The position numbers and the translations under genes are program-made. A stretch of DNA of 64,000 nt, taken from assembly GCA_964016885.1 (NCBI GenBank), contig OZ024743.1:47678001-47742000 (forward strand), written 5' to 3'. This DNA comes from Eledone cirrhosa. Taxonomy: Eukaryota. Each line of letters begins with the position of its first letter. Within the stretch, counting starts at the first letter, position 1. Of this stretch, positions 51,690-61,265 are shown one piece after another. The notes beneath the pieces were generated by a model. That model worked only from the letters and a program-made list of their open reading frames with translations. It had not been told where the DNA came from and did not search any database.

Positions 51690-54374
51690 TCACCATCATC
51701 ATCATTTTACGTCCGCTTTTCCCTGCTTGCAAGGGTGAGACGGGAACTGATTCTGGCTTGATTTCTACAGCTGGATGCCCTTCCTAACACCAACCTCATT
51801 TACAGTGAGTGCTGGGTGCTTTTTTGCCGTGGCACCTCCACGACCACTTTGCAGTGGAATGATAGGGACCCCAGTCCTTATCTCATTTCTACAGCTGAGT
51901 AAACTGGAGCATATATATATATAAGTTTATCCCGGGTTCAATCTGGGTAACCACAGTAAGGTACTCAATACATAGCAAAGTATAAATATTTAATATAGAA
52001 AGGCTTCTACAGGACTAGAACTGTTTCATTCGATGATTTCTACCGAATGAAACAGTTCTAGTCCTGTAGAAGCCTTTCTATATTAAATATATATATATAC
52101 ATATACGAGGGCAATCCCAAAAGTAAGGTTTCCAAAGCGATGGGGACGCAGAGAAACTGTTCGTATGACTGTTGGCAATACTGTTGTGATTGGTGCTTCC
52201 TTCACTCCCAAATAAGCATGCGCGCGCTTCACTGGGATGCTCAATCTTGCTTGGCAGCCGTTGAGAATGGAGCTCCCACTGAACGTTACCAAGTGCGAAG
52301 TTCGCGCAGTTATTCGGTTTTTGAACGCAAAGGGCGTTGAACCGATTGAAATTCATCGCCAATTGACGGAAGTGTATGGACAGTCGTGCATGAATGTCAA
52401 AAACATTCGCAAGTGATGTAGAGAGTTTACAGCTGGGTGTACTGAAATTCACGACGAACAAAGCAGCGGGAGACCATCAATTTCAGACGAGACAGTCGCA
52501 ATTTTTCCGTTAAAATCCTGTGGATGGTGCATCGGGAAACCTCAGGAACCAAAATGCAGAGAGCATCCAGAGTGATCCACCGATCTTTACGCATGTTTTC
52601 CTCAACCTTTGAAGTGGTTGATAGCATCCGCTACTTAGGCAACATAATTAACAATGGAGGAAGGTGCTCTGAGAACATAACAGATAGAATAAAGAAAGGA
52701 TGGATAAAGTCCAGAGAGCTACCCCCACTATTCACCACAAGATTTCTCCCTACATACAAAAAGATGAGATGACTGTATGACGGCTGTGTGCGAAGTGCGA
52801 TGCTGCATGGTAGTGAAATAGAGGCTGTGAATGCAGAGAACGTGTGGACTGGATTTGAAGGTGGTGTGCAAGAGAGAAGACTGTGTTGGTTTGGAAATGT
52901 GGTATGCATGGACAATGATTGTTGGGTGAAGAAGGGACAGGAAATGCCAATGGAAGGAAGTTGTGATAGAGGTAGACCGAGAAAGGCCTTGTGAGAGCTG
53001 ACTCCAAATCACTGAGACTGACAGCAGCGATGACAAAGGATTGCAACATGTGGAGAGATGCCATGTTAAGAAGGACCCATCTAACCCATGCAAGCATGGA
53101 AAAGATGACGGAAAAGTGATGATGATGATGATGATCACTGTAAATGAGGTTGGTGTTAGGAAGGGCATCCAACTGTAGAAAACCTGCCAGAATCAGTTCC
53201 CGTATGAGCAAGACAAGGTCAGCCGACCTAACATTATCCACAACAGGACAACACATCTAACCCATGCTAGCATGGAAGAACGGACGCAAAACGGTGATGA
53301 CGATGATGATGACATACACACACACATATAAGCAAAAATGGGTGCTTTCCGCAGGGAAACATCAGAGCAGACTAGTGAAATTTGAACTTGTGACCGTGTG
53401 GTCAGTAGTCCAGGACTTTTAATGAAAGCTTCATTATAGAAAGACGGTAAGACGTTAAAATAACAGAATAGATTTAGAATATTTAAAGTTATTATAAAGA
53501 ATACATACCAGTGTCTTGGACAGTTGAGGAACAACTTTTCTGTTTCTGCAAAATAAAAAGAAAAAAGTTATAAATTCATGTGGATCATATTAACAAGGAT
53601 CCCAAATGGCTATCATAGACTGCTCCTGTATGGCCAGGATACAATGAATGCAACGGAAAATACATATAGAGCACATGGTTCTCCAGCATGGCCACTTGCA
53701 ACAGTGAATTAATAGAGAACCTGTAATGACCTAGCATGGCCACAGACAATAATAATTAGTATTATTAAACATCATGCTCAAGAACTCAACACACGTTCAG
53801 TCAAAGAATCAAGCCCATGACTTTATATTCATAAGACGAAGACCTTAACTAGGCCACAAATCTTCACTAGACATTATTATTATTGTTTCTAAACATGGGC
53901 AGATGCCAAAAATTTGGGGGAAAGGAATTGGTTGATTAAATCAACTCAGTATTTCACTGGTACTTTATTATATTGACTCCCAAAAGACAAAAAGCAAAGT
54001 TGACCTCAACAAGAGGTCAACTTAATAATAATAATTGTTCCTACATTTTAAGCACAAGGCCAACAATTTAAAGGAGAGGGGAAAGTCAATTAAATCGACC
54101 CCAGTGCATTACTAGTACTTTATTTTATCGACCCCGTAAGGATGAAAGGCAAAGCTAACCTTGGTAGGATTTGAAATCAGAAAGGAAAGGGCCATAACTC
54201 TATGCTGCAAATCATGGTGTCAAACGCTCTACCGGTACTGCCAATGCACTGCCCAAATAATACTGATAATAATAACAATCATAAATATACATACATTAAG
54301 CTTGATTTCTTCCTGCAGCGACTTGACTTTCTGCTTCAGTTCTAACAACTTTCCTTTAAAGTTTTCACAATCTT
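16639..54374 (-). CDS. ICE1: Little elongation complex subunit 1 (ICE1/KIAA0947-like), 16 exons, 5'-partial, ~1730 aa
   Basis: All junctions are GT-AG and phase-compatible (5204 nt in total). The C-terminus reads SLCRVYIALCRLQGQLCMARVFFYD..TWP..ALRCLYKLCGW..GIELLSVQENWSWT..ILEMLG..VPQQINLCCANVLLKLFPFDP, matching from memory the ICE1 C-terminal pattern (LCRVY..ARLFCY..W..IDLL..W.WTH..IPWGIQLAA). N-terminal coiled coil and one giant central exon also fit ICE1. Confidence 0.85.
18473..18775. mobile_element. Tigger/pogo-type MITE
   Basis: TA-cagtggaacct ... aggttccacag-TA. Confidence 0.65.
18810..18899 (-). CDS. ICE1: ICE1 exon (90 nt)
   Basis: tag|..|gtaagt; GNLYLHGQTRDKTVCYAVNYLLKPLLASKK. Confidence 0.85.
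19501..19674 (-). CDS. ICE1: ICE1 exon (174 nt)
   Basis: cag|..|gtaagt; DDIFCLMKGIELLSVQENWSWTNSLIRNRIGPLL..FILEML. Confidence 0.9.
19700..20785. repeat. Minisatellite, 31-bp unit, ~34 copies
   Basis: agagtag(a/g)gctatagagatatatagtaatat. Confidence 0.97.
20995..21108. repeat. Short tandem repeat, ~34-bp unit x3
   Basis: tagagtatactatagaatgtagtgatatataata. Confidence 0.8.
21559..21679 (-). CDS. ICE1: ICE1 exon (121 nt)
   Basis: tttttag|..AAAG|gtttgg; ALRCLYKLCGWSLQTENKKNEVPRQLLAQLQGCLDATLSK. Confidence 0.85.
23146..23222 (-). CDS. ICE1: ICE1 exon (77 nt)
   Basis: cccag|..AAG|gtgaga; AGHVTLPQVIEHVVVNSMKGKYADKK. Confidence 0.85.
23360..23590 (+). mobile_element. Old L2/CR1-group LINE ORF2 C-terminal remnant
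   Basis: FYTHYNDLCSSELADFIPP ... LWSSLPAYTFPANVNLQLFK-like translation. Confidence 0.5.
24282..24407 (-). CDS. ICE1: ICE1 exon (126 nt)
   Basis: tgtag|..GAAG|gtaact; GQLCMARVFFYDTLCQLPSSHYMLFALTVSATWPLVLTYNKE. Confidence 0.9.
24553..24897 (+). mobile_element. tRNA-derived SINE family B with RTE-like 3' tail
   Basis: A box tggcttagtgg, B box gagttcaattc, core ggttggtgttaggaagggcatccagctgtagaaa shared with the RTE 3'UTR, (ATG)n tail; copies at 49378, 49757, 50104(-), 51690(-), 55815(-) and 61100(-). Confidence 0.85.
25740..25925 (-). mobile_element. SINE family A copy
   Basis: Reverse-complement match to 12830-13020. Confidence 0.75.
26160..26305. repeat. Short tandem repeat, ~46-bp unit x3
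   Basis: gtcaaaactaaagggccttctctaccaaat..ttagatt. Confidence 0.8.
26367..26695 (+). mobile_element. RTE 3'UTR/tail fragment
   Basis: Closely matches 47575-48035 and 48920-49285; ends in (ATG)n. Confidence 0.8.
27168..27199 (-). CDS. ICE1: ICE1 small exon (32 nt)
   Basis: tttcag|C CGT GTC TAT..CAA G|gtcaga; (C)RVYIALCRLQ(G), the best-conserved ICE1 motif in this model. Confidence 0.88.
27260..29490. repeat. Minisatellite, 21-bp unit, ~105 copies
   Basis: gatacagt(a/g)(g/a)tctatacatat; fills almost the whole intron 27200-29521. Confidence 0.98.
29522..29613 (-). CDS. ICE1: ICE1 exon (92 nt)
   Basis: ctag|..TTTG|gtaagc; NDFIPKLCDSVQKTVHNYGKELNQSGRWSL(C). Confidence 0.87.
30345..30850 (-). 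mobile_element. CR1 LINE 3' fragment with internal tandem duplications
   Basis: Reverse-complement homologue of 3810-4128; the WNKLPASV.SCRDT segment is repeated 3-4 times at 30536-30765. Confidence 0.85.
31565..31702 (-). CDS. ICE1: ICE1 exon (138 nt)
   Basis: tttcag|..|gtaagt; MLESSQYEMLQWYYINSNAGQPTPYLSEKESRLFHIINLLNDRSDI. Confidence 0.87.
31786..34170. repeat. Minisatellite, 43-bp unit, ~50 copies, decaying at the right end
   Basis: ttgactccagcagagagtatcactcccaccctcctttacaggg. Confidence 0.98.
35221..35351 (-). CDS. ICE1: ICE1 exon (131 nt)
   Basis: ttctag|TAG..AAG|gtaagg; VVERELANYLKSTSSPASETVEKIFNSKYEPTLIINTLVLQIVK. Confidence 0.85.
35462..36631. repeat. Minisatellite, 45-bp unit, 26 highly homogeneous copies
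   Basis: cgatactaccatgataatcatcattgtcacacctgtca(t/a)gt(c/g)cat. Confidence 0.98.
36892..37130. mobile_element. piggyBac-type MITE (family 1)
   Basis: TTAA-ccctttagcattta..taaatgctaaagga-TTAA. Confidence 0.75.
37412..37463 (-). CDS. ICE1: ICE1 exon (52 nt)
   Basis: ttgtag|TGT..AAAG|gtaagt; CTENRVITERTRSASQK; bridges phase 0 to phase 1. Confidence 0.8.
37745..38084 (-). CDS. ICE1: ICE1 exon (340 nt)
   Basis: tttag|G..CAG|gtatgt; RFLNKPCHKLLNKR..QLSKRQ; overlaps ORF 37718-37999. Confidence 0.85.
39410..39625 (-). mobile_element. SINE family A copy
   Basis: Reverse-complement match to 12830-13020. Confidence 0.75.
41484..44872 (-). CDS. ICE1: ICE1 giant central exon (3389 nt), S/N/E/K-rich and probably disordered
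   Basis: ttctag|GAT GAA..ACC AG|gtaaga; contains the 1105-aa ORF 41480-44797; phases fit both neighbouring exons. Confidence 0.9.
43225..43530 (-). repeat. Coding 21-bp tandem repeat, (N/S)NSETKF x14
   Basis: aaatttagtttctgaattg(t/c)t repeated within the giant exon. Confidence 0.95.
44922..45109. mobile_element. piggyBac-type MITE (family 1)
   Basis: TTAA-ccctttaacattta..taaatgctaaaggg; right TSD reads tcaa. Confidence 0.7.
46344..46459 (-). CDS. ICE1: ICE1 exon (116 nt)
   Basis: ttcaag|CC..GAG|gtaaga; AIAVPYPNVPSKADDVTHIINEMTMWTLLSPIPSEHNEE. Confidence 0.8.
46665..47458 (+). mobile_element. Non-autonomous Helitron
   Basis: 5' a|TC..tataaagct; 3' GC-rich hairpin cccgagcaacgccggg (47431-47446) followed by CTAG|t; inserted between A and T in an AT tract with no TSD. 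Confidence 0.75.
47550..48038 (+). mobile_element. RTE 3'UTR-only copy with internal duplication
   Basis: Matches 48899-49285; ends in (ATG)n. Confidence 0.8.
48055..49285 (+). mobile_element. RTE LINE, 5'-truncated (ORF C-terminus plus 3'UTR)
   Basis: ORF 48318-48896 DSFRYLG..LYDACIRTAMLHGSETW..RLRWYGHV..GRPRKTW. Confidence 0.92.
49378..50368. mobile_element. Cluster of three SINE-B copies (+ 49378-49722, + 49757-50097, - 50104-50368)
   Basis: A/B boxes and shared core; the last copy is inverted. Confidence 0.88.
50370..50560. repeat. Compound (TA/CA)(TATG)(TG) microsatellite
   Basis: Directly visible. Confidence 0.95.
50726..51650 (+). mobile_element. Penelope-like retroelement 3' part: GIY-YIG endonuclease pseudogene plus pLTR
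   Basis: SVMFIDTTPRGELA..KIVERPGTSIK..; Cys-containing linker; YIGETACSVGERINEH..SVLYQH...EH..RQITEAINI (GIY-YIG); hammerhead motif downstream. Confidence 0.88.
51466..51508 (+). ncRNA. Minimal type I hammerhead ribozyme motif in the Penelope pLTR
   Basis: GTCA-CTGAAGA-G-GTCACA(gaatg)TGTGAC-GAAA-GAACTT-TGAC: core CUGAnGA/GAAA, 6-bp stem II, stem I GTCA/TGAC, vestigial stem III. Confidence 0.8.
51915..52090. mobile_element. Probable second Penelope-like pLTR remnant forming an inverted repeat
   Basis: Perfect 47-bp arms at 51986-52032 and 52044-52090; junction reads GATGA-t-ttc(tacc)gaa-t-GAAAC..GTC, a truncated hammerhead. Confidence 0.55.
52106..52611 (+). mobile_element. Mariner transposon 5' fragment with internal inversion
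   Basis: TA|cgagggcaatcccaaaagtaagg TIR; MELPLNVTKCEVRAVIRFLNAKG..EIHRQLTEVYG..DEQSSGRPS (HTH); the continuation KVEENMRKDRWIT..TIHRILTEKL is on the minus strand. Confidence 0.85.
52612..53310 (+). mobile_element. Degenerate RTE 3' fragment and tails
   Basis: VVDSIRYLG..MLHGSE..RRLCWFG..RGRPRK; two (ATG)n tails. Confidence 0.75.
53509..53545 (-). CDS. ICE1: ICE1 exon (37 nt)
   Basis: ttttgcag|AAA..ACTG|gtatgt; KQKSCSSTVQDT; phase 0-1. Confidence 0.75.
54040..54255 (-). mobile_element. SINE family A copy
   Basis: Reverse-complement match to 12830-13020. Confidence 0.75.
54295..54374 (-). CDS. ICE1: ICE1 exon (80 nt), coiled coil; most 5' exon found
   Basis: tttcaacag|AA..AAT|gtatgt; DCENFKGKLLELKQKVKSLQEEIKLN. 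Confidence 0.78.
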
Positions 54375-55814
54375 CTGTTGAAACAAAATGAAAGACAGAA
54401 AAACTGTAATTAGCAGGAATTTACTACCTGTGGTTCTCCAAATAACCAAGAATTTTAAGTGATATAGTAATACAATTAACTTTCTTAGTAATGAGCTGGT
54501 GTTTAGAACTTTAGTTAAAGGTTCTTACATAAAATTATGATGAAAGGTTGTTAGATGAATATAAACATTTACTGTATCATAGAAGCAGAGGTAATTTCAG
54601 GTAAGTTGGTATTAAAATGGTTGATAATACAAATTTATAGTTGCAGGCATGGCCATGTGGTTGACAAGTTCATTTTGCAATCACATGGTCTTAGGTTCTA
54701 TCTCATGGCATGGTACATTGGACAAGAGTTTTCTACTGTAACCCCATGCTGACCAAAGCCTTGTGAGTAAATTTGGTAGAATATAATATTTAAACCAGAC
54801 ACAGTTCTTGTAATTTTTTTTTACTAGTTTCAGTCACTAAACTGCAATCATAAATCAAGTACTTATTTTAATGAGTCCCCGTTTTTTGTTGAACAACTAA
54901 ATTATGAGATACAGATACAAACATAGCTGCAGACATCATTATTTAACATCTGTTTACACTGTTAGCATGGGTTGAACAGATCATCACAGAACAAGTCAGT
55001 CATTAATCAGAGCTACTGACCCCTCAGATGGACCAGGGGGCTGCATTTCACTTCCATATGTTTCCACATTCTGCAGGGTATGTTAGTTGCATTTTATCAT
55101 GACACCAGCTTAGGAAGATCATGTTTTTAACATGACTGAAGAGTCCTCTTGACCCTTTGCTTGGCAAATGTTTTATAGCTGGATGCCATTTCTAACACCA
55201 ACCACTTTACAGAGTGTACTGGGTGCATTTTATCATGAAACCAGCACTAGGGAAGTTGTTAGTTATTAACTCGAGTAAAGATACCTCTCTACCCCGTGGT
55301 GGGGAGGGAGTAAGAACTTGTTTCAATGAGCCGTGTTTTGGGAAAATGGGGGGGATTAGAAGGATGATAGGCATAAATGACTTGAGTAAGGTGGGAGGAG
55401 AGGAGGGAGGATAGCAAGTACAATGTCATGGGTGTATGACAAGTGTGGTGGGATTTAAAGGAGTGGGAGTGATACTCGATAGAGTGGGATAACACAGTGA
55501 TGGAGGAGTAGGACCCCCTCTGGTAATTTGATACCTTAACCTTCTTACCATCACAAGAATGTCTCCCACATTCTATCTGCCTACTATAATAGCCATCCAA
55601 ATCATATGACTACTGGAATGGAAGACTACCACAATGCTAATAACACCATTAGCACATCAAAAACACCACAACTTTGCACCTGTCTGAAGAAAATACATCA
55701 AAGGGTTATTATGCAATCACTTTGATGTCTTCGAAATACATATAATAGGATTATATAATAAACAGAGGAAGTACATTTAAAACCATCTCTTCTTTACAAT
55801 ATACATATATATAT

Positions 55815-56174
55815 ATCATCATCATCATCATATGTCCGCTTTTCCCTGCTTGCAAGTGTGGGACGGGAACTGATTCTGGCTTGATTTCTACAGCTGGATG
55901 CCCTTCCTAACACCAACCTCATTTACAGTGAGTGCTGGGTGCTTTTTTGCAGTGGCACCTACACGCCCACTTTAGAGTGTGGGCTGGGTGCTTTTTTGCC
56001 GTGGCACCTACATGCCCACTTTGCAGTGGAATGATTTCTACAGCTGAGTAAACTGGAGCAATGTGAAATAAAGTGTCTTGCTCAAGGAAACAACACATCA
56101 CCCAGTCTGAGAATTGAACTCAGACCGGGTGATGTGGTTTCCTTGAGCAAGACACTTTATTTCACATTGCTCCA
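55815..56174 (-). mobile_element. SINE-B variant with foldback duplication at its 5' end
   Basis: Reverse-complement SINE body; 56054-56111 is inverted at 56119-56174. Confidence 0.75.
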
Positions 56175-57654
56175 TATATCTATAAATTTTTATTAATTAA
56201 TCCCTTTTGCTTTGTTTGTGTATAATTGTTTCCCCACTATATCTAATGAGTTCATTCTGATTCAAGAATCTATTCTTTCATATCATTGAGTGAATGGGGA
56301 AATATAGCTTAGGAAATCAAGTAAAGACCCCTTATTGAAGGAAAAAAATTGGCCAGCAGTTGCTACAAGGAATTGAATCACATATCTTTCAGATATAGCA
56401 ACCAATCTTGTTTAAAGTTATTTTATCAATCCAAGCTTCCTACATTTTCTATGAACCTCATAATCCCTCAGCACTTCAAAAGTTTCAACTTTGCACATAA
56501 TATTTACATTCAAAGGAAACTATTTAGTTTCCTAATTTAGACGGTGATTGTTGTCAAGGGCCAATTAGCACAATGGTTAGAGCAGTCAGCTACAATCAGA
56601 GATTCAATTCTTCATAGCAACTGCAGGCTACATTTGTTCCATCTATAATGGGTCTTTACCCAATTTTCTAAGCTATTATTTATTTATAATGTCCACCAGT
56701 GTTTATAGTTATTTTCTGTGTCTGAGTTTCCTATATTTTCTATGAACTTCATACACCTTTGCTAGCGTGGAAGATAGACATTAATCGATGATGATGATAT
56801 ATATATACACACACACACATACATACACAATAGGCTTCTGCAGTTTCTATCTACCAAGTTTCACTCACAAGTCATTTGTCAACCCAAAGCTATCGTAAAA
56901 GACACTTGCTAAATGTAGCACATAGTGGAACTGAACCCAAAACCACATCATGGTTATGAAGCAAATACCTTAAACGCATTTTTAAAAAATTAAAATTTAA
57001 AAAAAAATTTTCTCGGGATTAGAATATGAGTAGAATATTGTGTTAACAAAATTTTCCAATAAAATTTAAGATAGGAGGCTACTAAAAAGAGATGCATGCT
57101 AGATGGGATTGTATGAGAAAATATGGATAATAAATTTCTATGCAAAATTGCTTTCTGTTAGATTAATCCTTTTAATACCAAATTGATAGAAACTGTTGTT
57201 GGTTCTACAAGGCATAACTGTTTGATCTAGTGTTTATATTTATCTAAAAGCCTACTGTCATAATTTCATGTAAAATCCTTTCTAAGTTGTTCTCCAAACA
57301 TCAACTTAATAATGAGAAAATTATTTTACTAAATCCCTGCAAATTCTTCATTATTTTCAAAATTATTTGAAAATCATAAGCAGTATCTTTCATTAGAAAT
57401 ATGGTAATGAAAGGGTTAAAATAATCAGTGGGAGGTGCAAAACACGTGGAAGGAGTGTTTGTAGAACACTCTTCTGTGAAAAAGTACATTGACCTCCAGA
57501 AGGTTGAGAACCACAGTAATAAATAAACTTGATTAACGTAGATAAAAAAAAATATAGGTAAAAGAGAAGAGGGCGGATAAAAAGAAATAAGTATATGAAT
57601 TTTTTTTATCAAACATTAAGAATGTATGCAATACAATTCAGGTAAGCTGATAGG

Positions 57655-57840
57655 TTATTGGCAGTATTGGTAGAGGGTCGGACGCCATGCTTTGACGTAT
57701 AGAGTTACGGCCCTTGCCATTCTGGGTTCAAATCCCGCCGAGGTTAACTTTGCCTTTCATCCTTACAGGGTCGATAAAATAAAGTACCAGTAATACACTG
57801 GGATAATTGCTGGCCTTGTGCCTAATGTAGAAACAATTAT
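57655..57840 (+). mobile_element. SINE family A copy
   Basis: Matches 12830-13020. Confidence 0.75.
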
Positions 57841-58783
57841 CATTTAATGTCCATGTACCCAATCAACACCACCACCATCACTATTTTGACAATTGTGTCT
57901 CTATGTTAAATATTTGACAAGTCTGCAATACAACAAATACTTCACTCAGCTCAATTTTTACAAACTCTCGAATCACACCCTACTGTCTTAAAAAGTGAAG
58001 AGCACCTAAGATCAAGAGTGAGGAATCTGCAACCTTTGAAGACCTTGAGTGCTGCTTTTTGGGTCAAATCTGGATTTTGCATTATAAAACTGCATCAGTT
58101 TTGATGGTGAGTGTTCCAGTTGTTCAATCAATGGAACAGCTTACTCATTTAACATTTAAATTGTTAAGTATTCAACAAACACATGTCTTGATAACAAAAT
58201 ACTCAGGGAGATTTAGCACGACACGGGTAACAAAGTTACAGGTATAGTCAATCTGACAGGCTTCCCAAAATTTCCTATCTACTCAATTCCATTTATAAGG
58301 CTTGAGTTGACTTGAGTCTATGGTAAAAACACTTGCCCAAGATACCATGCAATGGCATTAAATCTGAAACAGTATGATTGTAAAATGAACTTCTTAAGTA
58401 CTTGGCCATGCTGTGTCCACACTACCACCACTAACAGTAATAGAACAACAACATCAACACCATGACCAACTACAAACTAAGTAGATAGATTCACCATTAT
58501 CTAAATAGATGTGAAATTAGAGACCTGTGACCTATCTATTCTCAGTTAATTAGGCCCTGTACTAGTTTATTTTAAAACACTTCTCTTATCTGCAACCAAC
58601 CCACCTCTGGCCACCTCCTATTTATCTCATTGACATTGTCAGTAATGATAACAAATCAAGTACCACCACCTGATATCTTCCTTGGCTCTTAAATTCTTTT
58701 TTTGTGGGGGTACAGGGATGCCACTGTGATATATGGTATATCTTGGACATAGAAACCTGATGGAGACTATCAGTCTCCATGTC

Positions 58784-58825
<42 letters not shown>

Positions 58826-58936
58826 AGAAGAATTGGCTTCACTAATAAACTGGTACTTTATTTATCAACTCTGAAGAGATGAAAGGCAAAGTTGAGATGG
58901 ATGGAATTAGAAGTCAAAACAGTACAGAGAGGCAAA

Positions 58937-58970
<34 letters not shown>

Positions 58971-59850
58971 TATTCACACACTAATAAGAGAGACAGTGAC
59001 ACACACATGTTAGGCTGAAGTGAAACCCTCACATATGATACATCAGTAAAGTTTCTGTAAATCTCTGTAGTTTGACAAAGTCAGATTAAAGTTAATCAGA
59101 TGCACTAATGGTGTTTATGTTTAGTCAGCAGACAGTAGGGAGAGAAGGGGAGGAGTAGCTAAAAACACAGTACCAACACACACACACACACACACAACAG
59201 AGCATACACATACATAGATGGAACTCATACACACACACACGGTCACATATATCAGAACATACCCATGCAGATACAGACACACACACATACACCAAAGCAC
59301 AGCTACATACATACACATCAGAAAAACATAAATACATACATACACAGAGAAACACATGTGTCAGAACACACACACAGTCACACACCAGTATGCATAAATC
59401 AATGAAAGGTTTGATTTGTAAAGGAGACAAGTTGTTATGTTAAAGTTCATAGCAGTTGAGTAAGCAGAAAGACTATATAGCATTATTGGTAAGTTGGTTA
59501 GTTCTTTACTATTTTATTATTTAACTCTTAATGTCCTATACCACATGAATTCACATTGTCAAGAGATTCTTAAAAAATACAAAACAACACTATGCCTGCA
59601 TTACATTAAAAAATAAAGACTTTACTTTAATACTTCAAAATTTCCCAAAGATTTGTTCACTACTATAAACATCTGAATTAAACTTGTTTTAAGATATTCT
59701 CTGCTAAATCAACAACAGCCATACTGGGACACTGCCTTGAAGTGATTTAGTCATCCGTGCCGATACAAATAGTTTTTTTTTCCAGGTCTAGTCCTTATTT
59801 TATCAATCTCTTTTTGTCAAAGCATGAACAAACAGTAAACACAAACACAC

Positions 59851-59978
59851 TATATATATAGTATATATATATAATATATAAATATGTATATATATATATA
59901 CATACATACATATATATCTATATATTATATATATTATATATACATATATATTTATATATACATACATACATATATATT

Positions 59979-60032
<54 letters not shown>

Positions 60033-60087
60033 CATATATATTTATATATACATACATACATATATATTTATATATTATATATATATA
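59851..60087. repeat. AT-rich microsatellite tract
   Basis: (TA)n with cata variants. Confidence 0.9.
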
Positions 60088-60216
60088 TCATCATCATCGT
60101 TTAACGTCTATCTTCCACGCTAGCATGGGTTTAAATGGGAATTGTCTCACTTGAGGCAAGATGGGTTGTCTTGTTTGTATGTATATATATATATATGTAT
60201 AATATATATATATATA

Positions 60217-60525
60217 TCATCATCAGCGTTTTACGTCCGTTCTTCCATGCTAGCATGGGTTAGACGGGTTGTCCTGTTGTGGGCAGTGTCTGTTCGGCTG
60301 ACCATGCCTTGCTCATACAGGAACTGATTTTGGCTTGATTTCTATAGCTGGATGCCCTTCCTAACACCAACCTCATTTACAGTGAGTGCTGGGTGCTTTT
60401 TTCCGTGGCGCCTACACGTTCACTTTACAGTGTGGGTGGGTGCTTTTTTGCTGTGGCACCTCCACGACCACCTTGCAGTGGGAGGGTGTGGGGGCATATT
60501 GTCTATATGCTTCAGCTTGTACCCA
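60217..60525 (-). mobile_element. RTE 3'UTR copy
   Basis: Reverse complement of ~16057-16372. Confidence 0.85.
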
Positions 60526-61099
60526 TATATATATATATATAAATATATGTATGTATAATATATATATATATATAATATATAAATATATATGTATGTATAA
60601 TATATATATATATATAATATATAAATATATATGTATGTATAATATATATAATATATAAATATATGTCTAAACCCATGCTAGCGTGGAAGATAGACGTTAA
60701 ACGTTGATGATGATAATGATATATATTATATATATATACAATCCCATATGAGCGAGACACAGTCGCCTGATCAAACTTGCCTGAAATGGGACAAACCCGT
60801 CTAACCCATGCTAGCGTGGAAGATGGACGTTAAATGATGATGATGATGATGATGATATATATACACAATAGACTTCTACAGTTTGTCTTCCAAATTTCAC
60901 TGACAAGGCATTGGTTAATCCAAGGTTATAGAAGAAAACAAAGTAACATGCAGTGGAACAAAATCTGAAACCACAAGATTTCAATGTCAACACTTTAACC
61001 ACATTACTTGTGTGTATGTATGTTACAGCTCACACCTATGCAGGTATAGCTGGCCTCCTCCAAGGTATATCTTGTTGGAGGTGTCTTGAGTAATTTAAT

Positions 61100-61265
61100 G
61101 ATAGGGACTCCAGTCCTATCATCTCATTTCTACAGCTGAGTAAACTGGAGCAACGTGAAATAAAGTGTCTTGCTCAAGGAAACAACACATCACCCGGTCC
61201 GAGAATTGAACTCACAACCTTTCGATGCAAGCCCAATGCTCTAACCACTAAGCCATACGCCTTCA
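61100..61265 (-). mobile_element. SINE-B 5' half
   Basis: Reverse complement of the tRNA-like head. Confidence 0.8.

Noticed and set aside
58670-58782. Possible first ICE1 coding exon (cacag|AC ATG GAG.. METDSLHQVSMSK..) with a 9-bp hairpin over the ATG
   Set aside because: The acceptor is supplied by a (CT)n microsatellite, the donors I could see give phase 0 or 2 while the next exon needs phase 1, and the peptide is not coiled-coil or ICE1-like. It needs RNA evidence.
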